A DNA stretch of 64,000 nucleotides, from the NCBI GenBank assembly GCA_001643675.2, contig LSRY02000035.1:310001-374000 (forward strand), written 5' to 3'. The position numbers and the translations under genes are program-made. The notes under the pieces are model-generated. The model had not been told where the DNA came from, searched no databases, and saw only the letters and a program-made list of their open reading frames with translations. Origin of the DNA: Monocercomonoides exilis PA203. Taxonomy: Eukaryota; Protista; Preaxostyla. Shown piece after piece: positions 39,201 to 57,790 of this stretch. The first letter of the stretch is position 1, and each line of letters begins with the position of its first letter.

Positions 39201-41971
39201 CTGCTGTGGATAGTGAAGGGAGACAGTTTGATAAGGGGATTGTTCAGATGGAAAGGTATTAATTGGTTGGTTTGATTGATTCAATTGATTGGATAGTATA
39301 GATTGATTGGACTGCATTGGTTGAATGGATTGTATTGGTTGGTCAGCCTGGTTCAATGGAAGAGATGGAAGAGGTTGAATGGATTGAGCAGATTGCATTG
39401 AAGAAGAGGAAGAGGAAGAAGAAGAAGAAGCAGGTGAATGAGAATTGAGCATATTCCGAGAAGGAAGAAAAAAAGTGGAAGGGGAAGATGGCTGAAACTG
39501 CCTGGGGTAATAATAATAGCCAAAGGATGAAGAAGAAGAGGAGGAGGAGGAAGAGGAAGGAGAAGGAGAAGGAGAAGGAGCTGTTGATGTATTTGAAGAA
39601 GGCATTGCAGAAGAAAAAGAAGAAGAAGATGATGATGATGATGAAAGAGAAAGAGATGGATGAGAGTTAGACAAAGGCGTTAGAGGCATCCCCATATGGA
39701 CATATGGAGAAGATGAATACATATGTTGAGGGATAGAGGAAGAAGATGAGGGAGAAGGGGAAGAGGAAGATGAAGAGGAAGAAGAGGAAGAAGAAGATAC
39801 AGCAAAGTTATTAGGAAAATAATACGGCTGAGCAGAAGTTTGTAATTTTGATGTCTTTTGATGCTTCGCAAATGGAGGCAAAAATCCAGCTGAAGCTGTG
39901 AGATTGTCCATATGCTGTGACTGAGGCATGGCTCTGTACTTGTTGGATGGATTCATTGGCATCTGCATCTGCAACTGCATTGGAATTTGCATTGGCATTT
40001 GCATTTGCATTGGTATTGATGTTTGCACCTGTGTTTGCATCATCTGTTGATAGTTCTGTTGTTGTTGTTGTGATTGTTGCTGTGATTGAAACATCTGCTG
40101 TTGTTGCTGCTGAAGCTGATGTGGAAGCTGTTGAGGATGCTGAGGATGTTGAAGCATCTGTTGTGGAAGATTCTGCTGTTGAGGAGGAAGATGCTGCAGT
40201 TGTTGTTGTGATTGCTGTTGTTGTGATTGTTGTTGAGCATTCTGCTGCTTATTGAACGTGACAAATGGTGAGTCCTTCCATGGATTGAGTGGGTCATCTG
40301 TATCGTCCTGCTCTCCAACATACAGCTCAGCTGGCTGCACATCTGCGGCATTAGACTCAGCCATCGATTGTTTTGAGTCTTTTCCATGTGATGCAAGTGA
40401 ATCCGATGGATGAGAAGTTGTTATTAGTGAAGGATTCCGGTTAGTTGTTCCATCAGAACCTGTGGAAGAAGATGCTGTTGATTGATTGTAGTGCTTGCAG
40501 ATCTTCCTGTCACTTTCTTCTTCTTCTTCTTCTCTTTTCGTCATCGTCTCCTTCTTCTTCTCGCGCGGCATCGCCCACTCCGCTACCAGTTTTGATCGAA
40601 AGAACTTCTTCTCCTGACCTCCTCTTTCTCCTCCTCCTCTTTCTCCTCCTCCTCTCTCATCGCTGCTTTGGCTCCACGCAATCACCGCTCCATCGAGCAG
40701 TGCCAGTGCCTCTTCAGCTGCCTTGCGGCATCGAAAGTGCACAAAGCAATGCCCAGTGTGAACTGTAACTTCTGTTCTCTCTGTCTCCTCTGAAGGTGGC
40801 TCATATGAAACATGCTCTTTCTTCTCTTTCCTCTCTCCTTTCTCGCCCTTCTCGCCTTTTTCTCGCTTCTCTCCTGCGTCTCGCCTGTCGCGCATTGGGA
40901 TGTTCACCATCTTCAAACACTGCATCATCTTCTCCACTTGCTCATGATCCATGCCAACAGATGCACCCCCAGAAGCAGACTGCTTCTGTGATGCAGCTGA
41001 AGACGGAAAAGAAGAAGACGCTGAGGTATTTTGAAGAGAACTGCCGCTCTCTCTGAGCGATGCTGTTATTTTCTGCTCGGCAATGTCTCGAAGCGCCGTG
41101 TGTATCAGCGTCACGAGATCTCCCCTATCACCATTAGATGGTATTCCTCGGAGGTAGATGCTCTTTGTCTTTTCTTTTTGGCGAGGGTCGTTTGTTCGCT
41201 TTCGTGCAAAATACGCAACAAGAGTGGACCCTCCGATAGACATTCCGCTGATAGTTCGCAATGCAGAAACACAATCAGCGTGAGTTTTAAAGCTTCCCCA
41301 ACCATTATATCGCCCGCTTCCTCCATCTTGAGAAAGAGAAAACGAAAGCATTTTTTGTCCAATGCGCTCTTCTATTACTCTTTTAACATCTTTTCGAGAA
41401 ATTGTCATCGGAATATTGACAATAAACAAGCAATTCTTCGAATCCACAAAATGTGATTTTAAAAAAATGCTGTGTAATTTTTATTCAGATAAATAAGAAA
41501 TTTTTTCATCCATAAATAATGATCAAAGATAATAGTAATAAAAACCGTTTGTCAATTGTTGGTACATAAAAGGTTGGAGGTGAAGAGTCCTCTGATGCCT
41601 CAATTGCTCTTTCGTAATGGTCAAAACGTACAAATGCATAGCCTAAGGAAAATGGTAATTATAAAAATCAAATATAATTTTTTGTTTTGATGCACGGCTT
41701 GCATACATTCTCCAACTGCTGATTTCTCTTTTTTTATTAATGATATCTCTTCTATTGAGCCATATTTGCAATAAGCATCAAAAAGTTGTTGCTTCGACAA
41801 TTCAGGAGGGACGCTAGGCTAAAGCATATAATCAATAATATTTGAAAAATTTCACAAATATTTTTATTAGAATTACAAAAATATTATTAAGTTATAATAA
41901 ACTATATAAAGGCCAAAGATGGGTTGTTGATGAGTGCTCGTGTCATCTGGCCAGCATTGAGCACTGTCCAT
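28827..41971 (-). CDS. ~4,300-aa RNA-binding protein: three N-terminal RRMs (hnRNP R/Q-like layout) followed by ~3,900 aa of low-complexity sequence
   Basis: Three short exons (MDSAQCW...LYI|PSVPPELS...GE|CYAFVRF...DKR|) splice in frame to the 4206-aa ORF. RRM2 shows LFIVNIP...GWGSF and RRM3 shows IYLRGIP...GHCFVHF. Confidence 0.82.
32902..33078. repeat. 12-bp coding tandem repeat (ATTGTGTTATTG) x ~14-15 encoding (NNTI)n
   Basis: Near-identical units, in frame on the minus strand of the RRM gene. Confidence 0.95.
36717..36831. repeat. (GAATGG)n coding hexamer repeat encoding (SH)n
   Basis: Directly visible. Translates to SHSHSH... in the RRM protein. Confidence 0.9.
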
Positions 41972-42719
41972 AGACAAAAAATTGTAAAATGTTCCCAACT
42001 AAGTCGTGGAAACACTCTGGAGCAATGGAAAAAGTTCACGAGATCAAAATGATCAAATGCAGAAATAAAAAATTACACATAACACAAATTAGAAAAATGT
42101 GAGGAAAGACAATAAAATTGTTGTTGAAGCTAATTTCCATATTTTGTTTAATTCATCCACTATCATTGAATGCTTGTATCTTGCTGTTGTCTCTCATGCA
42201 CATAACTTTTCAAATTGTTATCTCTTTAACGAATTAATCTTAAGTTCTAAAATGAAACAGTCATTCATTTCGTACAAAAAAAGAAATAAATAATATTCTG
42301 AAAATCATCGGAAGCTAATTAGTGAGCATTACTTCCAACTATTTGTTTTGTTCATTTATTAATATTTTTTTATAAATGTCTTCAATATTTTGACTGTATG
42401 AAGATTTCAAAAAAAGGCGATGACATTCTTAAATTATATGAATCTTTATTCCGATATTATAAAGCATTATTTTTTCGAAAATAAGTGAACAAACAAGAGA
42501 AAAAAACTTATAAATAAATAAAAAAATATGTATGATGCATGAAACAGAATGATGAATGGAGGAGGATATTGAAATTGAAAGAACATAATTTGAAGTTTAT
42601 CGTTCACTTCTAATTAAACTTTGAATTGAGAGGAAATTTTCAATCGCTATAAATTTGAGTATCACTTTCAGTTTCTTGATCATCCAATAACAGTAATGTT
42701 TTCAATGACAGATGAGTAA

Positions 42720-43620
42720 TTGTGCTCATGAAAATCAAATCAGTTGAAATTGTTCACAACTCATCCAATTCAGTGATTGTTCAAACTCATTTCAGAGGAA
42801 GAATAACAATTCATTCTATGTTACCGTGTGTTCTGATCAGATGACGCGAATTCCAAAATTGCAAAGCAAGCGCTGAAGGAGGTGGTTTGAGATTGGATAA
42901 TTTTCAGGTTTCAGGAACAGGATACATTGGGAATGAAAATGGAAGAGGGGAAAGTATGCGTGTGTGTCTGACTGCTGTTTCACTTCATGCTCAATTACAA
43001 GAACATGAGGCGGAGGTAAGTATTGGCTTCAGTTCCTGCGACACAATTCAAAATGAGGAGCATTCAGTTTATTTCTTGCTCAGCAATGGGATATGGAGGA
43101 GGATTATATTTTCATCCAAATCGAGCAACAGCACCAAATGATAAAATTTATTGTTATTTTTTGTTCTTCCATGAATGCAAGTGCAGAACAACTTCTACTC
43201 CGTATGGACATGATGTTGAATATGTTGATACTTACAATGTCTATTTGAACTCAGGAAATCCGTTCTTTGAATGTTACACAACAAACACGAATGACAAAAG
43301 AGTGTGCCATGCAAAAACTTCTCGAATGCAAATGCTTGAACGTTTGATTAAATGTCAAAAATAAATTGGCTGAAGGATATGAATACTTATGTTTCTGTGA
43401 ATGGGAGTGATGGATATGAGCTGTGTGCAGCAAATACAACATATCCGTATAAAACAGTGAAGAAAGCCTTTGAAATGTGTGAGGAACAGATAAGCTTGAC
43501 AATCAAGCTGATGTACGGGAATCACCAAAAAGAGGGGGAAGTAACTGATGTTGTATCAAAGAAGATTTCGGTTATTGGGAAGTGAAGAAATTTCAGTGTA
43601 ATTGGGATCGAAGTGTCTTC
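42720..43620 (+). pseudogene. Frameshifted fragment of a Cys-rich, beta-helix-like surface protein family
   Basis: Three overlapping ORFs in different frames (42887, 43023, 43352) carry consecutive motifs: CSAMGYGGGLY, FFHECKC..YGHDV, PFFECYTTN and YVSVNGSDG..C....PYKTV. No intact start or end. Family assignment is recalled from oxymonad proteins, not searched. Confidence 0.6.
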
Positions 43621-44647
43621 TTCTTCTTCAATGTTTCAGAAGTTCTGCTCAATGTGACGGTTTATCATCTGGTGAAATGAATCTGAGGATCAATCAAAAT
43701 TCTAATTAAGTAAAACTGATTTTGTGTGTGGTTGATATTATGGGCGAACATTGTTCAAAGAGAATGTTTTGATGTTAAAGAAATAAAAGAAAATGTCTTC
43801 TATAACGCTGGTGACTGAACTCGACCTTAAGAAACTTTTGATGCTGCAGAAAAACAGTATAATTTGAAGAAATTCACGTTTTCTGAAACTCATCAAATTT
43901 TTTCAATAATCATCCTTTTCTTCTTTTGAAATGGTAGTTTTGTTCAAATAACGCTTTCAAAACAAATTTTGACTTTATGCCATCAAACAATTCATCTGTT
44001 TCAAAGATTCTCATCTGTTATTAATCGTTAGCTCAACGTTTTTGGAATGAATGTATTCGCTATAATTTGATGATAAATATTCGGATTTTCCCGTGAAGTT
44101 GATTATTTTTCAACGATCGATAGCTGTTGAATCAATTGTTTGCAATAATAATGATATTTCAAATTTGTGAAGCAGAAAAAGCATAAGATAATGAAGGCTT
44201 GCAAATTGTGAATGGCAAAAATTAATGACTATTTTAATAACACAAAAAAAAAAAAAGAAAGAAAGAAAGAAAGAAAGAAAAGTGTCTCGTATAATTTTTC
44301 ATGCATAACACATTGTGAGTTACCGATTTTCAAAATGCATCTCTCATTAATTAAATATTGTAATGGGAACGATCAGGACTTTTTTATTAAAATTCATCAA
44401 AAACATCTCGTAATTACCATTGCTGCAATTTAAAATGTGATGCATCTGTTGGAACGTTTTTTTACGTTGATGAAACTTATGAAATGACTGAATAAGTTTC
44501 TGTTAATTTTTCTTTTGATAAAAAAACAAAAGATTTTTTGATAGTTTTTTTATAAAAGATTAATCACGTGTATTTTAAACTGAGATTTGTTTTAAATGTT
44601 TATCAAAATTAATGATAAATTTTTCGCAAATATGTTATGGATTCAAA

Positions 44648-49664
<5,017 letters not shown>

Positions 49665-49989
49665 TTTAATATCGAGCTTCTGTGATATTCTATTAATTTT
49701 GACTTTAAAAATATTTTGATAATGATTTTTTTTTTAGTTTATTGCACCAATGGACTTCTTTTTGTTATTTCTGTGTTAGAAATGTAACGTTTTTATAAAA
49801 ATGGTGCATTTTTCCTCTCTTATCCAACTCTTGTGTGAATATATACTTTTTTTATTGATTGTGCAAAATGTTTTGAATAAATAAATTTTGCATTTTTATT
49901 TCACATAAAAATCACCTTTTTCTTGCAAGAATTAAATTTGTTCCAAATAAAAGTGATTTGGTCAATGTTTGTTGAGCAATTTGAAGTGC

Positions 49990-50577
49990 TTAATCCAGTT
50001 TCATAACCTCTGTTTGAGTAATCTTGCCTTTATCTGCATCTCTTGCACGGACAGCAGCGCGACGAGCAATCAACTTCTTCCTGTCGGCTGTCATTTTAAA
50101 TGATTTAAGCTCGACATTTGAAGTATGAATTGGGATATGAACTTGTTGTCCTTAAAATTCATAAAAAATGTGAAAGTGAAAAATGGAAAAAAAAAGTGTA
50201 TAAATTTTTCTTGCGGACCATTAGCTTTCTCGCGAGTCAATCTGTCGACTTCGATGTAGTTATGCTTTCTTCTAACGTTGATCACTTTTCCAACAGTGTT
50301 CTTTTTCTTTCCAACCATAATCCTCACTTCATCGTCACGACGCACAGGAAGTGAACGAATCTATAAAAAATATATTCATTTGCATGGTAATTGAAATTTT
50401 AAATAAATCATTTGGTAAATTATTTGCAAAATAATGACCGTAATGAACCTTATATTTTGTGCGAAGATCCTTTGAAAGATGGACGGACATAGCAACGCGC
50501 TTTTTGTGAGATGGTGCGGCAAAATGTGCCTTTCTGCTCTTACGACGGCTGGATGACACGTTGTGGGAGAATTTCAT
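49990..50577 (-). CDS. RPL26: 60S ribosomal protein L26 (uL24), 3 exons
   Basis: [24 protein letters not shown]...[10 protein letters not shown]|[12 protein letters not shown]...REKANG|[12 protein letters not shown]. Confidence 0.97.
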
Positions 50578-51731
50578 TTTGACCAAATAACTTCCTGTTT
50601 AAGGTTTTCTAAACTCACGAAATTTGAAAAACCATTATAAACTAAATTCAAATTTTAATAAAATGTTTTCAGTGTACAGTGTGTTCTTTTAAATTTCTGC
50701 ACAAGCGTCATATTCATTTTAGTGTAGATGTTATTTTAAATTTTGTTCATTATTGAGAAATTGTGATTCGGAGTATATAAAGGAGATTTGCTCATTGTTC
50801 AATTTGAGATATATTTGAAATTAAAATATCGATAATTATTTATAATAAATTTGAATTTTTAATTTCCGTGTTATTTTGTGATTTTTTGTTTGGCATTTTG
50901 TTTGCACATACAAATAATTTCATTTGATAACGAATGTTAAATTTTTTGTTTGCAAAGAAATTTTCAATTAGTCTCAATAATTTGATTGCAATTTAAAGAA
51001 TACAATCCTTGATTTTTTTGATATTTTTTTTTAAACTGTTATTGGTAATATTTCAACTTAATTATCTTTTATTTATTGATTAATTTTTGAATTTGTTGAT
51101 ATGAAAAGAATATTTTTTGAGACGTTTGTTTCTTTGAAATTATTGTTTCTTGCTTCTTGTGTTTATTCCTATTCTGGTAGTTTGGAGATGTTAAACAACT
51201 GAAAATATTGTTTTATCAGTGAGAAAATTTACGAAATTCAAACATTTTGAATTGAATGTGAAAAAATTTTTAATCGAACGGATTTCTTTAATGGAATCAA
51301 AGCAAAAATTAACTTTTAAAGCGAACAACGGAGTTGTATGTTATCTTTTTTCTTTTTTCTTTTTCTTTTTTTTTTTCATCTTCAAAAGGCTCCTGATAAC
51401 TTTTTAAAGAAAAATATTCAGATCGTAATAGGCTTCAATAAATATTGTTGGAAAATATTCTTTCATGCATCATTTTTTTCAATATGAAGTCAAATTAATG
51501 TATTTTATTTTAAATATTCAACAATACAAAAATGATATTTTTTAGCTAGAAAAATAGCATATAAAAATAGATTTTCTCTAATCTAATGTAAGTTTCAAAA
51601 AATCAATTTCAATTTTTTGTTTTCGTGCATTTTTTTGTTCTCCATTCCATAGTTCCTGTTCTCTTCTCGATTTTTTATCGAAGAGTTTTGGAGGTTGATC
51701 TCGTATGCACAATTAAATATTTTATTATTTA

Positions 51732-52401
51732 ATGACAACAGACTTAACTCACGAAGAAATAGAAAAATGTGGCATACTGTTTAGGATGTGCCAAGTATCA
51801 GATGAAAAAACTATCAGCATCTGGGACGCTCACAAACCTCTTCAAGGTTTTAATTGACAGCACTTTTATAAACTCATTTTTTCTTAGCTCTTGGTTATTT
51901 CCCCAGTTCCAGATTGTTGACTTCAAACGACATTTTTGTATTATCTTCGGAAATAGATTCCATTACGTCCAGCTTGATTGGTTTTATATTTTCTTTTGTT
52001 ATTTTGAGAAATTGTTGATGTACTTTTTGACTGAAGACTTTCCATCTTTTCTGCAGCTCGTATGCAAAGCAAAGCAGCTCTCGAAAAAGCCTATGGAAGA
52101 TCCATTCCCTGAAGATGCATTTGCGGCTTTGTCACGGAATCCATCTGTTGGTGGAAAAGTCCCTCTTGATCAAATCAGGCAAATGCTAGCTGATTATTCG
52201 TTTTCTGTTGATGTAGATGTTTGCTATTGAGAATTTCTTTATTTCATTTTTGAGCAATTTGACGCTTTGACTTTTTTTATAAATTTGAATCAGGCATATT
52301 TTGCGAAGCATCCACCTCGCGAATGGTGCATCTCTTTGGAAGAGTTTGAAGCATTTTTGAAAGAGGCTGCAAAGCCTATGACAAACTTGGATTGCCACTG
52401 A
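51732..52401 (+). CDS. Divergent calmodulin/EF-hand-like protein (~165 aa), 4 exons
   Basis: MTTDLTHEEIEKCGILF...LQ|ALGYFPS...LI|DFPSFLQLV...DAFAAL...ISLEEFEAFL follows the calmodulin layout (LGxNP, IDFPEFL, EAF). The Ca-binding loops look degenerate. Confidence 0.7.
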
Positions 52402-54155
52402 AAAAAAAATCATCAATTTTCAGCTTCAACTCGGAAATGCAATTGTTAACAATTCAGAGAAATCAATGGTGATGCATAAGAAATAATTTCTCTAACATAA
52501 AACTTTCAGTGCATCCATAAATTGAAAATATTTATTGTTACAGTTTTGAAAGTATGCAGTTTAATCATAAATTTTATTGTTGCATCGCATTGATAGCAGC
52601 AAAATGTTGAAGAAAGCTGATGGATTTTTAAGTTTCTTTACAACTTTTCATAGCATTTTCAAAATTTTTTTTTTTTAAATTTTGGATATTATGAGTGATT
52701 TGCATTAAGCAGAAAAACTTTAAAAACTAACAATTGCTGCTCATTACAATAACGATTTTTAATTTTTTTTTATGTCATTATTTTCAAAATTATATGGAGG
52801 CCTTTACGACAGACCGACATTTTTTCATTAGCTCGACAAGTCGACCGACAAGACTATCTGCTTGTTTTTTATTTTCTGATAAACAAAAAAACAACAAATC
52901 AAGATTAAAAGTTTTTGTTTTTATTCAATTATTTTTTATTTTTTTGATTTATTTAATTTTCGCACGATTCGAACGAATAAATGTTTGATTAATTGATTTT
53001 CAGAAATTTCAATGGGTTATCGACAGATCTTTGTCGAGATCAGTCAAATGACAAAGATCAGTCTGTCGAAAGATCAGTCGATAGAAAAGATCGATCTGTC
53101 GTATGTGTCTATTTCTTTTGACTTTTTTCAAAACAGAAGTTATTTATATGACGATTCAATGACGAAAACTATTTTTAATTTTTAATTAAAGTCTTTCTGA
53201 ATCAATAGAAATAGCAAATTTGGCATGTTTGATATTATATCATAATTAGTCCAAAACTATTTTTGTCATGCATTTTATCTTTTTAAATGAATCACTGTAA
53301 AGAATATATATATTTAAATAAAATTTTTTTTACTGTTCCATAATAATGATGTGTTTTGAATTTTGTGAACAAACACGATATGTTTGGGAACAGTCGAGGT
53401 AGACAAAAGAAAGGTGTGACAAAGATCTTTGTAATAATATTTAAACACGATTAATCGGAAAAGTTACGAAATGGAATTGTTTCTGATAACGATGTAGAAT
53501 GAAAATTATTTGTGATTATCAAAACATCGTAATTGTTGCAACGAAAAAAATTACTCATTCGAGAAGAAATTGAAATCAGAAATGATGTTCAGAAGAAACA
53601 TAGTGTGCAAACATCAAACAGCTCATAAGAAAAAGAAAAAGAAGCTGCAAAGGATATTGTATTGAAAGTTGAGTAGGTTTTGAAAAATGAAGAAAAAAGA
53701 AAAAGAAAAATATAGTTGCAAATTGTCTATCTGCTGTCTTTCTTCTCCTCCTTCTCTTCCTCTTCATTTTCGTCTACAAGCAGCACATCATTTCAAGTGC
53801 TTCAACAGACAAGAGAATGAAGCAATCACAATGGTTAATCATTTTGTAATGAAATCTTCTCAATCCGCCTGCCGCTTATAATCCAACTTACTCCTCCTCC
53901 TCCTCCTCCTCATTGGAATCAGCATCTGGTTCTGAAGAAAATAAAAGAGAAAGGAGAAAAGATCAAGGCGAAAGAAAAGAAAAAATAGTGAATGATGAAG
54001 AAGATGAAGTTAAAGCTTCATTTGCTCAAAAGCAATGGAATTGAAAGAAGAAAGAAGTCAAACTTTCATTAAACACAAAGCCAATTCTTGGAGAATATTT
54101 TGATGGTGTGCTGTTATTTTATTGTATTATTATTTCTAATGACTTTTAATTATTT

Positions 54156-54395
54156 GGGTGATTCTTTTTGAAAAGTCACAAATGTTTAATTTTCAAATAA
54201 ATCAATAATTTCGTATTTTTATGAAATTTTTGTCCGCGGACACCAAACTTCACAAACATGGAATCAATATCTTGATAATGCCATTTAAAACATTCTTGAG
54301 GAGATTTGTGAGGTGAAACAGAAATTTGAGCAAAATATGAAATTTTTGAAACATTAGATAATTAAACATTTGTGACTTTTCAAAAAGAATCACCC
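54156..54395. mobile_element. 240-bp MITE, copy 2 (4-bp TSD ATTT), nested in the 5.2-kb element
   Basis: GGGTGATTCTTTTTGAAAAG...TTCAAAAAGAATCACCC flanked by ATTT on both sides. Shares the internal ACATTCTTGAGGAGATTTGTGAG with 6795-7034. Confidence 0.88.
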
Positions 54396-56299
54396 ATTTA
54401 ATGCTTTATTATTATTCTTTTGATCTCCAATTATTCTCCAATTTAGTGCTCAGATGTGCTACACCAATTTGTCTTCGATCCCGCACATTGCGCATCCAAA
54501 AGCGGCATTCAATCTCCTCCTCTGAAGATGGTCAAACAGAAAAAAGAGAGTCCGAATCCTTCGACTTTTTCATCCACAAATCAGTTTGTTATCAGTTCAG
54601 ATAACACCTACTTGTTTCTCAATGAACGTCACACAAAAACCGACAAAGCTGCTTTTTCCTCAAAAAATGCTTAATGTGTTTCCATCTCATTCACAACATA
54701 TGAAGCTATATTCCCCTTTTCTGTTTTAACTCACTCCACTGCACTCTTTATGAATAAAGACGACACATCTCCTTTTTCTCTTCCACAATATTATCACTAC
54801 TTAATTCCCAAGAAAATAATAAAACCACAATTTTCATCTTAATTCTTCCAAAAGCTCGTCTCCTTCGAATTGGTACTACTGGAAAGACAGTTTCACCTTC
54901 TTCCTGTTTGCGTGAAGACTCACTTTTTTTTCGTGAGAAGAGCAAAGAAAGGGACAAGAGCTAAAGTTCAGACTGAAACAGAAAGAAAGTCGGAAGATGA
55001 CCCACATGTTCTGCTTTTTGAGAAGCACAAGTAAACCATTCAGATGAAAAAATTTGAGAGTTTTGTTTGATTTTATTCGTCTGGATTCAATTTTAATTAA
55101 TAATATATTTGTCTCTCAATTTTTTTTTCCTTTTAATTCTTATTATTCCTCGTTCATATCTAGCCATTTATCTCCAGTGGTTCTATCTATATCGCCTCTT
55201 CTCCTCTCCCACAGCTTCCACTTGTTCCCATCACACCACTTTTCAAAGTTCTCCTCAGAATATACCGAACATATGAGCCGGAAGATCATCATTACAACGA
55301 ATTCACCTGCACATTTTTATCTTTCACTCAAAAAAGGCCGAATGAAAAGGCATTGAGAAGCATTGTGGCAGCATAAGAGCAGCCTTAACAGTCTGTTCAA
55401 CCATCTCAAACAGCAAAAATGAAATTTTTATCGAATGAAATCAGCGATTCTTCATTGGTTTAAGATGAACTTTTTTTATCTCATCTGGTTGAGATAACAA
55501 GAATGCCAAACTTCTCCTTCCTGATGTTCGCTTTGTTTCCGCGCAATATACCACCTGACTTAGAAGCGATAAAAGTGGATGGAAAGAAAAGTGAAATATT
55601 AAGTTTGAAGAGTGAAGGAGATGGAAACTGTGGGGAGAGGGAAGAACGAAAGGAAGAAGAAGAGATAGAAGAAATTTTGCTTAAGTTTGAGACAGTCAGC
55701 TGATCCATCGCATCACTTCGTATCAAAATAATTTTCATTTCCATCTCGGTTTTTTAGTTGCTTCCAATGCAGTCTTTATTTATTGAACCTGTTTTTCTCT
55801 TCACTTTGTCTTCATCATGATCACATCCATCACAATCTTAACTTTCGGGATTTCGAAAGTCTTCATCTCGATCCGCAAATAATCCTTCTTCCAAAGAGTT
55901 CTTGAAACTGATTAAGAGCTTAATTTAGCATGGGTAAGAAGCAGCTGCTTGGGATTTACGCGAGAAGGAACAAGGGCCGCATGATTGAGCTGTTGAATTG
56001 ACAGTTCTGACTGCTGATTATTCGTGTTTTTCCAGTCAACGTTAAGGAGTATATTACCAACACAGCACTAAAAAAAATTGCATTGAAAGCAACAGATTTT
56101 TGACTTTTCAGATCTCAGAATTAAAAATGAATAAAAAAATAATTTTGCTGAGTCATAAGAAATGCGAAACGTTATGAATGAAGTTTCTTTGTAAATTCAT
56201 CTTCATCGTTGAATAATTTCAAAAGCATTTCTCAGTTTTATTCATTTGTTTCTTCAAAAATCACTTCATTAATTGTCATTTAACATATTTTCTTTATGT

Positions 56300-57790
56300 T
56301 TGCAAGGCAAATTTGTCTCAAGATTAGCATTTTTTGACTTTATCGTTGAACTGCAAATTGATGAAAATTCTCTGCTTTTTGCCTTTCGCCAAACTCTCGT
56401 AATGTTCGTTCTGCTCTTCATTGAATAAAGCATAAGTGAACACTTATTATCCAAAACATGAACATTCATAAGACACTTCTTCTCCTTCTTCTGCATCGAC
56501 ATCTGCTTTTCCTGTGTAAACACGAGTGCTTCTTACAGAAAAAAAAGTTGTTATTCTTAATGATGAGTATTCTCCCAACATCACAGACATTATCCTCTGA
56601 GATGCGAATTCATTCCTGAACAAAGCATCAGACAAGCAGTGTGTAGTGAACGGTATCAAGTTTTCGAGCATGAGGCTAATATTCTCCGTTGGTCTGAATA
56701 GCAAAACGTACTGATGTCAGACGCGCAACAGTCTCTCCAGTTGAACTTTGAATCGAACGTTGACTCTTCAGTCGACAAAACGTAAACATTAATATTATTC
56801 ACCGGAAACATTTTGGAATTTGTATTTGTGCGAAATAGCTTGAATAATCAGGCAGAATCATTTTTTTATTCGACATTCTTGCCTTGAAATTAGACAGAGA
56901 AGGGTTCGAGGCTGAAGATGGGATATTTTTGATGGCCTGACTGGAGGAAAGAAAAACACATCCACTTCTTCTCGAAGAAACATTCTTATTTCAAATTTCT
57001 TCGTATGTCTTGAGCTGTCCCTTCTTGTTAGACCACCCAACCTGCACCTTGTCTGTTATGAACTCTTCCATCCCGGCTTGCTGTCTGAGTGGCAAAAGGG
57101 AATATGATACTGCTTTAAGCTGTTGAGCAACAGAATAGCAACTCTTCTTTGAGTTAGGCACTTCAGCAGAACAACTTTGTCTTTGTCCCATTTTCTGTTC
57201 ATGGCACTCTTTTCGGTTTTCGTCTTTAATCTGTTTCGTTCGCTTTCAGTTGGGGTGAATTGTCGATTCAATCGATTCCATTTGTTATTTCCATATCCTC
57301 GCCTGCTGCTAATGCTTGTCCAGTACTTTTTCATTTTTCTTCTTTATCGAAAAAGCGACATGCTTTTCATCTATTAATCGGCAGTTTATTAACTTCCAAT
57401 TGACTTTGTGTTGTTCGAATTCAATTTCTTTGAAGGCTATAAGCTTCAGTCTTTTGAAGGCGAACTGGATGAATCATTAAAGGATGCAAAAAGATAGAAA
57501 TAAAATGTTTGGAATGAATACAGATGTCAATGCTTTATTATTCTTTAATTTGTATTTTCCAAATAGTGTGAATAAAATCCGAATGTTTTCAAATTCAAAA
57601 AATTGTTTTTGTATTTTCAAATCATTTTTGTTAATTGCTTGATTGTAACTTTTGAGTGCATTCGTTTCATCTTCCAAAACCTTGATCCGTTGTTCTCAAA
57701 TCAAAGATGCCTTTATTTTTTCGTAATTCGATTGAAGCTTCAGAAATGTGTTCTTTTGATATTCAAACTTAATAACCCGACCATGAAAAA
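56300..57790 (-). pseudogene. Degraded transposase-like coding remnant, possibly pogo/DDE_1 type
   Basis: Fragments appear in DDE_1-like order across stops and frameshifts: PGW, DSSRH, VDVFFFPP..SHLQP, TENISLMLENLIPF. Similarity judged by eye and weak. Confidence 0.35.

Noticed and set aside
13658-41456. Dozens of overlapping antisense and alternate-frame ORFs (poly-E, poly-L, poly-H, poly-M)
   Set aside because: They are shadows of trinucleotide-repeat coding sequence, which lacks stops in other frames. No independent domain signal.
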